The notes: generated by a model from the letters alone, not told the origin. DNA of 64,000 nucleotides from Amphiscolops sp. MND2022 (GCA_964187785.1 OZ076409.1:27096001-27160000), one strand, 5' to 3'; positions 26,663 to 39,867 are shown, numbered from the stretch's first letter. Program-made: numbers and translations.

Positions 26663-28854
26663 CTGCATATAACCAAGTGACTTAGAGCACTCGGAAAGTA
26701 TTCGAAGTCAAAGGCGAAATCAAGACTCAGAATGGTTTCCCGTTTACTTGTATGTTATAACCATATTTTACACTGTTGGTTTAAATGCCAGAATGAATAA
26801 ACGATGAAGTGATTTATTAACTAAGTTCTTGTATTTTTTTCTCCGCATGTATCAGTCTTGGCAGTTTTCATTTTCTTCTCGAGTAGTTGCCAATTCAAAT
26901 TTCCGCTTCATCACAATTCTAATTGATTCAACTTTAAATTATAAATTTGAACGGGGTAAAAACAATTGCTTAACAATTTTTTAAAACGTTTCAACGGGAA
27001 AACCTGGTCAGAAAGAAATAAAACTACTCGGAACTCCGTTTTTCAAGTGGACTCCGTTTTCGCTGCTCATCTATCAGTATTGTAAATTGATGCGACTTTT
27101 TGCTTTTGAGTGATAGAAAGAAAGGACTTCACATATCTGATTTTCAGGATCAATAATTTTCTACCGTGAAAGCACGAATAAGACGCAAGATGATGAAAAG
27201 ATTAACAGCAATTAACTCATCAAATATAAAAACTTTCTGCTGATCCAGTCTCTTTGGAACCACATCTATGAAAACGGAACTTCTACGATTCCAAACTTAT
27301 GAAATTGGAGAGTTCCCGGGATTCATTGGCAGTCCTTGAGGTGAGATTTTCGTAAGTACGGGAAATTTGTTGTTGTTGAAACTCCAGAATGAAAGCGCCA
27401 ATGGCGCTCAGGCTTCCTGTAGTATTTAGATGCCGTTTCAGGACAGCACTTTCCAAAGGACTGAAATGCTCTCGAGTTGTCTCCTTCAGTGCGATACTGA
27501 ACCTGGTTGTTTAATTTTTCTTGAAATTTCCATAAATCGCACGAGAAAAAATTCTGGCATTATTCACTTTTTGTCCAGTTTACCTTCTACTGCGAAAATT
27601 GTTACAATTTTAGCCTTGATAGATTCGGCTTCAATGGGACCGAAATGGGACTTCGAAGACGAGAAAGTATGTCAACAAGTTGATCATTTATTCCAAATTG
27701 GAAAAAAGATAAGTTGGGAACTTTTTATTCCATAGATCAGAAAAAAAGCATTAATATGGCTGGGACAAATCGAAGAGAAAATTGCATTGTCAAAATCGCG
27801 CCCAGCTCCAGGCACAAAAGTGACCCGCAAGTATGTGGCTTAAGTTATCACTTGTTGAAAAAAAGATTTTTCTAAAATGCAAAAAAGTCTTATAGTATTG
27901 AAAACCTGACACTAAAACTTTAGATTCGACGCAAATTATGTGAATTTTTAGGGAAAATCAGTAATGTTTTACGAGAAATGAAAACGTTACATCCAAACTT
28001 TTTATCCGAATTTAAGTTCTGAAAACGTTTTATCCGAATTTAAGTACATGTTAGATGTCATATGAGAAACTTTTTACTTATCATTTTTACAGCTTTGAAA
28101 AATTCTCCAAGAAACGTTTCATCCGGTATACGTTTTAATCGGAATTCGTTTCGCATTAAATCCAGTTTGTATTGTGTTGTTATATCCGGTATATGTTATA
28201 TATCGAATATTCGTTATATACGCTTTGCGTTAAATCGGTTTTGCGCCAAAATATCCAACAGGAGGACTTTCTGTAACATTGAGAAAATTTCCAAGAAACG
28301 TTATGTCCGGTACACGTTATATCCGGATTTCGTTATACCCGGTTTCCGTTAAATCCAGTATGGGTTGTGTTATTGTCGAAAGGGAATCCTTAGGACTTTT
28401 TACAGATCAAATGTAGTGTGTAGATTGTCAAATAGCCAACAGCTTTTAAAGCTTATAAAATCTGTCACTTTGAAAAAGCCACTACTTTAGTCGTCTCTTT
28501 CTACGAAAGTGTCGACTAAAAAGTACATCCATCCCAGATACTTCTCAGAAACCTGGTAAAAGTTCACCTAATTCAAGAAGACGCCGCTCATTTCCGCCCG
28601 CGATAAAAATATTCGTCGACGCCAATTATCCGCGAGCTTGTCAAAAAAATTTCGGGAAACATAACGCTTCTGATTGATGTCAACTGTTTTTTAAATCAAA
28701 ATAAAAGATAATTTCTCGATACTAGAGTATGCTGAAAAGTTTGTTGTTGTACTCTGTGAATACTCAGACACACCAAAGATTTTGTTAACCAGTTGCGCAA
28801 AAAAGAGAAATTTGAAAACAATGGAAAAATCCATTTCGGTAGGTGGACACCGGC

Positions 28855-30844
28855 TGTCAAGCCCAACCTTGGCCTGCTTTGAAGGACCTTGGACATTAGT
28901 ATTTTGGCTTTCGCTATCAGACTTCTTTAGAAAAGCCATCATTAGGTCCTTCAGTTGACGGAATTCTGACTCTAGGTCACTGATTTTCCTCTCGTAACTT
29001 TATCTATTTTTTTGCGAGTTGGGAGGGAACATCATTGCTTTCACTGGTATCAGTATCTACAGAATTTACTTCAGCAATCATAAGAGAACAAATGGTAGGT
29101 GTTTCAGATGTTGGGCCGATGATTTTGCCGTTTCTAAGCCTATTTCCTCGTTCTACGCTCATGCGATAAAGAAAATATTGAGTTTTGGATTAAGACTGGA
29201 TTGTACGAAGTTTTAGTTATGTAATTTCGATTTTATGATTTCTGGCTGTAACCAATTCAGTAATCTGAACTGGAGAGGCGTTTTGCTAACGATTCTGAAC
29301 GGTTTCTAATTTACGATAAGAAAGTGATAGGTTTACAAATATCCAAAGAAGTTCATCTATAATTCATCAGTAATTTTCAGAGTAAATATAACTAGTCAGT
29401 GGTTCGTAGATAGGAATATGCGAGGCCTGAGTAGATGACATTTAGATGGTTTCGGTGGTTTTAAAGGTAACAACTGTACTGTAGCTGGTTGTAAAATCTC
29501 ACTGACTAATCAATCATGGCGGCTTTCCTTCAGCAATTCGCGTGTCATGCTCGGATGGTAAGACTCATATTTTTACCATCCGCTCTTCTTCTTGGCATGT
29601 GTGGCTGGTGCTAATTGGTAAATCACGTGACTATTAGTGGTGCGAATTGCCGCTGGAGGAGCTACTCGTATGTTACATTTGCATATTGCGCAACTGTGTA
29701 CGAATCATTATTGGATTTTAGATCAATACTTGCCTGCACAGCATTGTTAAAACTATGGTGATGTAGAGACGATGAGTTTCTACACCAAGACTGCCAGTAA
29801 TGAATCATAATCATACTAAATGCACAAAACGATGAATTGATGATGAATTTCAAGCAGAATGAGTTATTTTTCAGCACACATTTGTCATTCAGATGTATAA
29901 ACGATGAACTCCTCATCAGATACTACCAAATTTCAGCACAACTTTTGAATCACCGAAGTAAAAACGATGAACCTTTTTAAATACATCAAAGAGTCCATCT
30001 CAACCAATTTTATAGATGGAATTAAATTGTACTTTTCTCTTTCTTGCTTCGTGTTGAGCTACGTTAATGTACGAATGATTCTTTTGAGTACGACGATGAG
30101 AAAATTGTGGATAGTGCAACTGAACAAATTCGCTGATGAATTTATGAAGTGATTCTTTATTGATAAAGCCACGTCGAAGTGTAGTAAGGTCAGATCTGCT
30201 GATGGATTTGCGATGAAATATACATGTAAATCGCTTTAATGTACTAGCACCAAATTCGCTAATGATTTTCCTATGAATTCATGCTTACAAAATGTGAGCA
30301 CCTAATTAAATTGAAATCGCTGATGAATTCAGGATGGATTTTTACCATATACACTAATCCAAACGTTAGTTAGTCTAAATTCGGTCGCAGTGATGGAAAA
30401 TAGATGAACTTCTGTTCATCGTTTAGTCTATGAGTTGAATAGATCAGTAGCGATTGTTTCACGATGGGTTGTCACGATAGTTCACTCTGAGGCAGCAGCT
30501 TGCTAACCGAGTAACAAATTGCATGTCTTTCTCATCCGCCGGTCTAGTTGACCGAAAAACCACTCTCTCAATTATCGTGACAAACCACAATTATGAAATT
30601 GCGCTTTTGCTAAATAGCATGGATCATTTGTGCAGACATCGAAACTAGGGTGCTCAGTATTAATTAAATAGATAACTCAAACTCAGGGGGAAAATTAGGG
30701 ATTAGGTACAAGTAACGTAGAGTTGCTCACAACCATAGCTTTTATTATATGTTATCATATTATTGCCCATAAGTAAGTACATGAGACATAGTTTTTACAT
30801 TACAGATATTCAGTAATCTATATATCCATCATGCTGGCATGACA
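28855..30844 (-). mobile_element. Solo LTR (~1990 bp) related to the Gypsy element at 52877
   Basis: TGTC...GACA termini; reverse complement starts TGTCATGCCAGCATGATGG as at 52877 and ends GGTTGGGCTTGACA as at 55049; retains gag N-terminal coding remnant; flanks CCGGC / CCAAC may be a decayed 5-bp TSD. Confidence 0.88.
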
Positions 30845-32807
30845 CCAACTAAGCATATTTGCGTTAATATTCGGGCAATATACTCCCATAGCAATCGACG
30901 GTACCAAATTTGGATCTTGGTTGTCAAGAAATTGTCGACTGGAAGCTCTCTTACGAAGTGACTTGCTCAAGGTCACAATGGTCTGACTTCTCGCCATTGC
31001 AATTTATTCTTGTTTTTTTTTCGCTGAATGTAAACGGTTCTGACATGATCACTACGCTGGGAACTAAAGACGTTGTCGAGTTCCCACTTACCTTTTCGTT
31101 CAATTTGCACATTATTTGATAAAGTTCCATTCAAAAGTTTCATTCCTCTTTGAAAAATTTGTATCTTCGGATCCACAGAAACATCCATAAAAAGTACAGA
31201 ATATGCGTAGAATATTCTAGTTCGTCCTCTTTCGAATAAATTCTTTTGTTTCTCCCGTCAAAAGCCAAATATTTTGCTGCCGAGCAGTGTGGATTTTCAA
31301 CAATCTACAAGGAAGTTTTCAAAAACTTAGAAACGTTGCCTGAAGTGGTCAAAAATTGATTATTCTAACATTTAAGGTATTTTGAAAAGTAATACTACCA
31401 AAAGTGTTACAAGTAGTCAGTGAAGTTTGTAATTATTGATATCCACACAAATGTCATCATTCAACAAAAAGATGCCCAAAAATGTTTTCGACGTTTTGGG
31501 GGCAACTTTTGAAAAAAACGTTTCCTTTTGTAGAAGGCTATTGAATCGTTTACTGCTTCGTCGTTGAACTCACTGAAAACTGGTATTCTTATTACACATT
31601 TGAAAACTGTCAAGAAATAGCGTTAAGATGGTCCAAAGTTTTAAGATGTAGGACGTCAAGGATATTTTGTTGTCACTTTCGGTACATTTGAGACACTTTC
31701 ACCAAGAACTTCAATTATCACGACAAATGCATGTGTTTGGAACCTAAGTTTATGGTCATTGAATTTTTTGGAAGAACATTTGGGTGCATTTTTCGGAAAA
31801 AGTTGCGAAGTGCGTAGGTCTTTTCCACAATTAGTGATGAAAGTCTCCTCAGTTCTACAGGACCAATAAATAATCAATGACGTCACCCTTAGGACTAGGG
31901 AAAAGGTTCTATCACAGAAAACATTTTAAAAAACAAAAATTGTCTCGAAAAAAGTATCAAAAAAGTTTCGAAGTCTTTATTCAATGTTCTAGAAACTTCG
32001 GTAAGTCGCATTGTGCCAAATAAATAAAGTCCACTGTGCTCAAAAAACGTTTTATTCCTGCTAAAAGTCAAAAGGGGCTAAAATCTAATAACTTGGATTC
32101 GAACCTACGCCTCCTTCTTTGTGAAACGTAATTAACTCCGGAAATAGCGTCAAAGTGCGGACAATCAATCATTTTTAACTCCCACCTCCTCTCTAGTGAC
32201 AAGCGCAACTTACTTCGTATACCATTGAAAAATGCTCCATAAAACATCATATCTGGTGTACGTTATATCCGGTATGCGTTAAATCCGGTATGGGTTGCGT
32301 TATTGTCAAAATTGTCTGCTGATCACTTTTTAAAGGTCAAATGTAGTATGTAGATGGCCAAAAACACCTTGCCAAACTTGAACAACTTTTTAGAACTATT
32401 TTGGCTAGTTCTGGTGCTTCGAAAAAATTGACAAAAACCGTGAGTATAATCGACTGTTGTGTAAAGAAAAGAACCGACTAAGTCAATTAAATTTCTCACT
32501 AATGTTAAAATGAGTCGCTTAGAGATTCTTTATCTGGGTTTTTGATGATAACATTACGGAGTGTCTTTTCTTTCCAAAATTTGTGGTTGACACTGAGATA
32601 AAATTAAGTTACCAGTCGTGTAGAAAACTCCATTCAGGAAGTTTGGTAAAATTTTTGATGGTTATAAAGAGAAGTCAATTTCCCCCATTATCGCTCTGCT
32701 TTTCTAAGTCGGTGCCCTTTCGGATACTATCTCCCCATTGCAAGCTTTGGTACCGTATTTGCAGTCAAGTGGTCAAGCAATGGTGGGCTTAAGGCTGTGG
32801 TTTCAAA

Positions 32808-33008
32808 GTGACTTGCTCAAGATCACAAAGGTCTAACTACTCACTGTTGCTATTTTTTTTCTACGCCATGCGTTATTTTTTGTCATTGACCTAATCTTGG
32901 GATGAAGGACTTGCTTAAGAACCAACAATAGTGAGTTGAGATTCGAACTTGATACCGCCCCATTACAGGCCGAATGCTCTAACCACTACGCCATGCCCTC
33001 CTAACCAC
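32808..33008 (-). mobile_element. tRNA-derived SINE-like relic interrupted by the BEL element (continues at ~40456-40475)
   Basis: Minus strand carries A box TGGCGTAGTGG and B-box-like AGTTCGAATC; GTGACTTGCTCAAG motif at 32808 recurs at 30958. Confidence 0.65.
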
Positions 33009-33572
33009 TGTATGATAAAGCTTCAAAATAATTCAAAAAGAGTTTTTGTTTGAATTTCAAACCTTCAAGACTCGGTAATTTACCGATCAATGTCTTCAAT
33101 TTTGCTATTTAAGGGTTAACAAACCTTCTCTGTCGACGGACCACCCACAATTTGTGAGATAAAACAATTATTATAAAAAGAATTGTCCAATTGTTGTGAT
33201 TCTCAGGTTCAAGAAGCCAATTTGGCTCAAACATGACATTACTCACAGAAACAGCGGTGAAACTTCAACATAAAATCAACATTAACTCAATGAGAAGTCA
33301 ACGTACTTCAATTTTGATTGGCTGTCCAGCAGCGCGTAGCAGTTTTGATATACTAAAATGTCATCAATCAATAGACAGGGCATCAAACAGACTCTAAAGT
33401 TATATCATATAACGATTATCAACAAAATGTTTCATAAAAAACTCCTTCAACATAGTTTTAATTATTGCCGGGTCCAATTCTTTCCTTTTGATCCAAAATT
33501 GTGTCCCAAAATTTCGTTCAAGAGGATTTGATATTTGAACTGGAACATGCTCCGAAATTTTCGTTTCTAACA
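33009..33572 (-). repeat. BEL 3' LTR
   Basis: Direct repeat of 39892-40455; preceded on the element strand by the purine-rich tract AAGGCGGGCGGTA. Confidence 0.95.
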
Positions 33573-33684
33573 TACCGCCCGCCTTGATTTCGCCCAGTAA
33601 ATCAAAGTAAATCAAGTTGATGTTTGCTTCTTTCGGAGATAGTTCCATAAATCGTAACATAGCTCTAAATTGTATCAGATTCAT
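33400..33684 (-). CDS. Putative 94-aa ORF3 overlapping the pol stop and extending into the 3' LTR
   Basis: ATG 33684-33682 overlaps TGA 33683-33681; open across the PPT and 173 nt into the LTR; no recognised domain. Confidence 0.45.
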   Translation of the reverse strand: MNLIQFRAMLRFMELSPKEANINLIYFDLLGEIKAGGMLETKISEHVPVQISNPLERNFGTQFWIKRKELDPAIIKTMLKEFFMKHFVDNRYMI

Positions 33685-36600
33685 TCCAAATTATCATTCA
33701 GTAAAGGTAGCTTCCGTAGTTTGGCAACCGGTCTGTTGAAAATACCGTTAGATGTTTTCACTTTTACAACGCGTACGAATTGGTCGGGTCCGCTATATAC
33801 GTACGTTATTCGACCGAGTGGCCACTGGAGAGGAGCAACGTTATCATCGGTCAAGTATACCAGATCACCAACTCTTAAATTTTCGCTTTCATTTTTCCAT
33901 TTCAGACGTTCTTGCAACGAAGAAACGTACTCTTTTGTCCAACGCTTCCAAAAAATGCCTAGAAGATTTTGCAGGAAAAACCAACGTTTTTGTGGCGAGC
34001 ATTTTTTGATTTCATCCGGTACACTAGAAATTTTCATTGGGAAAGCTTCTAAGCTTCCACCACAACAAAGGTGTGCCGGTGTTAAATGTTTGGGATCCTT
34101 TGGATCCTCTGACAGAACGCCTATTGGTCTTGAGTTCAAGACCCATTCGATTTGGCAGAACAATGTTGTCAATTCCTCAAAGGAGAGCACATTGTTCCCC
34201 ATAATTCTCCTCAAATGGTGTTTAGCGCTCTTTATTGAGGCCTCCCATAGCCCTCCGAAATGAGGAGCACGTGGCGGTATCAGATTCCACTTCATATGCA
34301 GGTTGGCAGCTTCAGCCTGAAAGGAATTTGCGTGCTCATTTTTCAGGATTTTCTGCAATGCCTCAATTTCAGCTTTTGTTCCTGCGAAGTTCGATCCATT
34401 GTCGGTGTATATCATAACTGGGCATCCTCGCCTTGCGGTGAACCGACGTAGAGCAGCAATACAAGCTTGTGTTGTTAGATCAGAAACTGCTTCAAGATGC
34501 ACAGCACGGCTAGCGAAACATACAAAAAGGGCGAGATATGCCTTTTCTGAATTCTTACGAGTTCCTTAACAAGCGAAGGGACCTCCGAAGTCTATTCCAA
34601 CGTCTTGAAATGCCTTTGTGGGCACATCTATCCGCGACTTTGGGAGGTCACCCATTAAAGGTAAGGTGGCCTTTGTTGTGAAGCGACTACACTTCACACA
34701 GTTGCGAACAAACTTGCGGATTTTAGCACGACTGGCTGGGATCCAAAAACGTGTTCGGATTTGTGCCAGAACTTGGTTGGTGCCACCATGCAAAGTTTTC
34801 TCATGGGCATTAGCAATTATCAATCGAGCAAGTTGACTCTCAGGAGGAATGATTCTTTGGTACTTCGCCTCGTCAGGCAAGTTCGCATGCACAAGACGTC
34901 CACCCACACACAAAACATCTTCATGAAGAAATGGGTAAAGCTTCAAAATTTTACTGGATTTATCGACTTGGTTTTTAGTCTTCAAAGTCGATATCTCATT
35001 CTTGTAGAACAAGCCTTGTTCCTGTCGTAGTAGCATGCAAAGCGCTTCAGTCCTTTCATCAAATGTTATGTATTCCGGAAAATTTTTCCCTTCTCTTTTA
35101 AGTCGTGAAAATGCGCGCTTAACAGTTGAAACAATTCGCAGTGCTTTCTCGAAGGAATTTTCTTTCGTCAAGTCGAAGATTACTTCCGTACTCTTTGCCT
35201 CTGTAACAGTCAGCACAACTTGATCAGAGTTGTTTGGCTTCACTTTATGATCTGCTCGCTTTAGTTCTTCTTTTGTCTCACAAAATGGAGGCTGTTCTGG
35301 AAACTTGTTAGTGACCAACCACTGGGGACCAGACCACCAAAGCGAATGTTCTTTCAGCGTGTGAGGATCGATTCCCCTGGATGCAGCATCCGCCGCGTTA
35401 TCTTCACTTGGCACATGTCGCCAAGTAACATCCGGATACTCATGAATTTTGGAAATTCTATTCGCCACGAAGGTTGACCATTGACTAGGCTCCTTCAAAA
35501 GCCAAGACAACACAATTGTGGAATCTGTCCACGCATTTTTTGACTGAATTTCCATTTTCAGCTTGGAAAGACTTTTGACTACAGCGTTCAAGAGATTCAC
35601 CCCTAATAAGGCAGCGCACAATTCGAGTCGAGGAATAGATTGAGTTTTTAACGGGGACACCTTTGATTTGCCAGTCAGTAGAGTGGCTTTCATGTTACCT
35701 TCTGTGTCACAAGAGACAATGTAAACACAGGCTGCATAGCCCTTTTCCGAGGCGTCGCAAAAGAGGTGTAAATTAATCTCATCATTTTGCTCGTTGCAAA
35801 GAGCGAATCGATCAATCGCGATTTCGTTCAAAAATTTCAATTTTGATCTCCATTTGCAATAAAATTCCGAAATGTCAGAAGGAAGGATAGCATCCCAGTC
35901 GGTTCCGCATTTCCAGACTTCTTGCATAAGCTGCTTCAGTTGCAGGGTGACTGGCGAAAGCCAACCAAGTGGGTCAAAGACCTTAGCAATGTCACTGAGA
36001 ATTCGTCGCTTGGAAAGCCTTTCGGTTAAATCTAGCTTCAGGTGTTTGACGGTGAATGTGAATTTGTCCTTGATGGGGCTCCAGACAATGCCAAGTGTCT
36101 TGATAGTATGATTCTCATTCAGGAATTGGAAGTCTTCACTTGCTTCGCGATACTCAGGTGGAAGACCTTGGGTCAGCCTGGCATCACTGCAAGTCCATTT
36201 ACGAAGGTCAAATTGTCCTTGTTTTAGAGTGTCGATGAGACCGGTCTGCAAATTTTTCGCCTCTTCCAAGTTTTCGGCACCAGTTAGAATATCATCAACA
36301 TAGAAGTCGCGTTCAATGGCATCTTTGACGATTTCAGGTGTTTTTGGAGACTTGGCACAATCAAGAAGTGATCTGATTGCATGAAAGGAAGAACTTGCAA
36401 CACCATAGGTTACTCGAGTCATCCGATAGGTCAAAATTGGTTCATTTGGATTCTTACGCCATAGAATTCTGTGCAAGTCGCGATCTTCGAGAGAGAGTTC
36501 AACCTGGCGATACATTTTCGCCACATCTGCTGACATTGCAATTTTGAATATGCGAAATCTGATTAGAATGTTGAACAAATCGTCTTGACATTTCGGTCCC

Positions 36601-38894
36601 ACTAACAAACAATCATTGAGCGAAAAACCGGTGGAAGTTTTTGCACTGGCATCAAAAACGACGCGAAGTTTTGTAGTTGAACTTTCTTCCTTTGTCACAC
36701 AATGGTGCGGCAAATAAATATTTCTAGGATTATCCAATTGATCATCCGGTACTCTTTCTAAGTGCCCAAGATCAAGGAATTCTTGAATGAATGCAGCGTA
36801 CCTTTCTTTCAATGACAAATCAGAATTCAATTTCTTCTCGAGGTTAAGAAATCGGCGCATCGCGATAGCTTTGCTTGATCCCAATGTAGGTCCATCAGAT
36901 TTCAAAGGCATTTCAACGACGAATCTTCCATCATCTTTCCGCTTCGTTGTGCGGTTGAAATGTTCAACACATTCAGATTCTGACTTTGTCAACATTTTCT
37001 TCTCCGGTACATTTTCAAGTTCCCAAAATTGGGTAATATCGACTTTATTAACATGAACAATGTCACCTTTGGTGATTTCATTACCTTGTTGAACAGGTCC
37101 CGAAATTATCCAACCAAAAATTGAATTTCTAATGTGCAGACCATTCTCTTTGAGTTTTCCTTCTTTCATTACATCTTCTAGAACATCTGCTCCGAGTAAA
37201 ATATCAATTCTTCCTGGGGAGTTGAAGTGTGGATCAGCCAGTTTGAGGTTTTTGAGGCTTTCAAGCGTTGGGACCTTCACTTTCTGAGGAGGCACGAGAT
37301 TCGAAATCTTAGGAACAATGTGAAGATCAACATGTACTGCTTCATTGAGGACAGTTGACAAAACTCCCTTTGATTTTTGTGAAGAGGATGATCCAAAGGG
37401 TGTTATGCTGATCGTGTTTCCATGAATTTTTGATTTCATGGCATTGGCTCTACTTTCATTAATAAAGCTAGCTTGAGATCCAGAGTCAAGCATGGCTCGC
37501 AGGGTCACTGGAGTGCCATCGGCGTCCTTGATTGTCACATATGCTGTTGATAAAAGAACAGTTTTCTTGGGGCTGACAGCTGCACATTGGTTATTCGAAA
37601 CTGTTTCGACAATGGAGGTAGCTTGAGTTTCTTGGGAAGTGTTTTCAACTTCGACGCAAGTGGTTTTTGTTTGAGAAGGGCGATGCAACATAGTATGATG
37701 CCTTTGTCTGCACTCTCTGCATGTAAATTTAGAGGGACATTTACTGACATTATGACCAATTTGAAGACAATTGTAGCATCCACGCTTTGCTTTCACAATT
37801 CTGAAGCGTTCCGGTACTGAAAGAGTTTTGAATTTCAGACACTCGTGTAACTTGTGTTCTTCATTGCACCCATCTACACAAGATACTGAAGCCGTATAGA
37901 CGTGTGAATGCCTCTCTCGTGCATTCTGATTATTTGCTTGTTGCGGAATCGGCTTCGAATTACTCGATTCTAGTGCTCGACTCCTTGTATTGAGAAATTC
38001 TGCTAGTTGATTCCAAGTTAACAGTTCAGTGCCTGGATGAGCAAGTTGCCATTGTTTGCGGGACTCGGGGTCCATTTTTTCAGACAGCCAAAACACGAGG
38101 AGCGAATCCCATTGGTCAGTGGGTTGCCCAAGTTCATTCAAAGACCGGAGATGCTCATTCGTGACTTCTAGCAGTTTACGGAGACCGCTGGCAGATTCAA
38201 CCTTCATTGAGGGTTGAGACCAAATAGATTGAAGGTGTGCTTGTACGATGCTCCGTTTGTTGGCGTATCTATCGGTGAGTAGGCCCATAGCAATAGCGTA
38301 GTTGGCATCAGTTATGGAAACCGAGCAAATCAATTTGGCGGCATCGCCTTTCAAGCATGCGCGCAGATAATTGAGTTTCTCAGAGTCAGTCAATTGAGTA
38401 TTAGAATCTACTGCTGCCCTGAAAAGATCAAAGAACGACATCCATTCAGTATATGACCCACTGAAGGTTGGCAGGTTCAGTTTTGGCAAGCGGAGCTTGC
38501 TGCCGGCACTCCTCGGTGAAGAACTTCGTCGCAAAGGAGTAGAATCACTCGTTTCTAACCTTTTTTTGTAGTTTTCTATTAAGGCGGTTAATCTAGCAAT
38601 TGCAATGCCACTACGTATGTCAAACTCGGTAGCATTGTCAACTTCGGCGTCAAATTTAGCATCATCTTCAGTTTCAAGCTGAATTTCCAAATTCCAACGA
38701 TGGATATCAAGTGCCTTTGTTTTCATGTTCGAGAGAACAGCTTCAGCTTCACAAAGCTGATCTTCATTACTAATTCCGATATTTACTAACGTGTCTAAAC
38801 GGCTTTCTAGACGAGTAAATGCTCCTTTGTGGCCACCTCGCACCTTAATTTTTTGCTTAAGATCTAGTTTTTCCGCAGCGGGCTCGTTATCCAT
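33681..38894 (-). CDS. gag-pol: BEL/Pao gag-pol polyprotein with one in-frame TAA at 34566-34568 inside integrase
   Basis: LPKLNLPTFSG gag motif; three Cys/His knuckles; LDSGSQ protease; FYVDD RT; FCDAS RNase H; HHCC and DDE integrase. The same frame resumes after the stop (PFAC*GTRKNSEKAYLALFVCF...VHLE). Confidence 0.95.
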
Positions 38895-39112
38895 GGCAAT
38901 GACCGTTGCCTTTCTTAAATTTTACTAAAAACGATAGTTATTACGGTTTGAAAGTCCTTATCAGGTAGTTCTAGATAAGCCCACGACGAGATCACGTCAG
39001 TAGGCTACACTAGATCTACTGACCAACGTTTGAAATCAGATAAACCCACGACGAGAACACGTCTGTAGGTTACACTAACTTCAAAAGTACAACGATGATA
39101 AAGTCCAACCTT

Positions 39113-39721
39113 TTAAGTTTTTGACAATTTTTTCAGAAACCGGCGTTTTTTCTGCGAGAGTCGTTTCCTTGGCCGCCTCGTATTCTGCGCGAGGGCCTTC
39201 AAATTCGAAGAATGCTTCAAAACCAGCTGTAAAGAACGAATTTCTAACGGTCCTTCTTGATGAAGCTGCAAATATTGATGTAGGAGGAATTTATCTTGTT
39301 GTCTGCGACGCGAGATTAAATTCTTTGTGATTCTGATGGTCACAATATTAGTTGACCGTAATGTTTCGAAGATTTGAGGGGCTCCAAACCTCTGGCAATA
39401 CACGATAGCTGCTATTCGTTCCTTGTACTTCAATAAAATTGACGCTAGTTGACTTCCTTCAAGGCCAGTGTAAGAATTAGATTTATGTTTCGTAATACTG
39501 TTGTTGATAGTGTCGTGCCAGATCACTAAGTTTGTTTTTTGGTGTAAAAATCCTCGTTCCAAAAGGTAAGAAAGGCTTATAAGAGGTCTTTTAGGTGAAA
39601 TGTTGGGATTTAAACTCAATGATGGGACTGCAGTAACGAATTTTGCAAGAAACCGTTTTTCTCTAGGGGAAAGTTGATCGATTGCGTGCTTCAAAGAACT
39701 TGCACCAACGATATAAACCAT
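39113..39721 (-). CDS. Extra 202-aa ORF upstream of gag, SGNH/GDSL-hydrolase-like, with a basic C-terminal tail
   Basis: Intact ORF between PBS and gag; YIVGASSL, VPSLSL, VIWHDTINNSI and QLH fall in SGNH block I/II/III/V order; tail RRPRKRLSQKKRRFLKK. Confidence 0.7.
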   Translation of the reverse strand: MVYIVGASSLKHAIDQLSPREKRFLAKFVTAVPSLSLNPNISPKRPLISLSYLLERGFLHQKTNLVIWHDTINNSITKHKSNSYTGLEGSQLASILLKYKERIAAIVYCQRFGAPQIFETLRSTNIVTIRITKNLISRRRQQDKFLLHQYLQLHQEGPLEIRSLQLVLKHSSNLKALAQNTRRPRKRLSQKKRRFLKKLSKT

Positions 39722-39867
39722 CAATTCAAACTTTGAGAGCTTAAAACTAACAATTATGACGGTAAAAGTCTCGGAAACTTGATAATTTCACAAAATCTGG
39801 AAGTCCTGATGGTCTTCTTTTTTCAATAAGATTTTAATGGAAGAGATCGTGTCCTGGGTCTTCAATG

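Noticed and set aside
27995..28360. CRISPR-like array of TATCCG-containing repeats
   Set aside because: Repeats are short, degenerate and irregularly spaced inside a dispersed eukaryotic repeat; no cas genes.
33670..37820. Plus-strand ORFs over the BEL pol gene
   Set aside because: Antisense shadows of a long coding frame.
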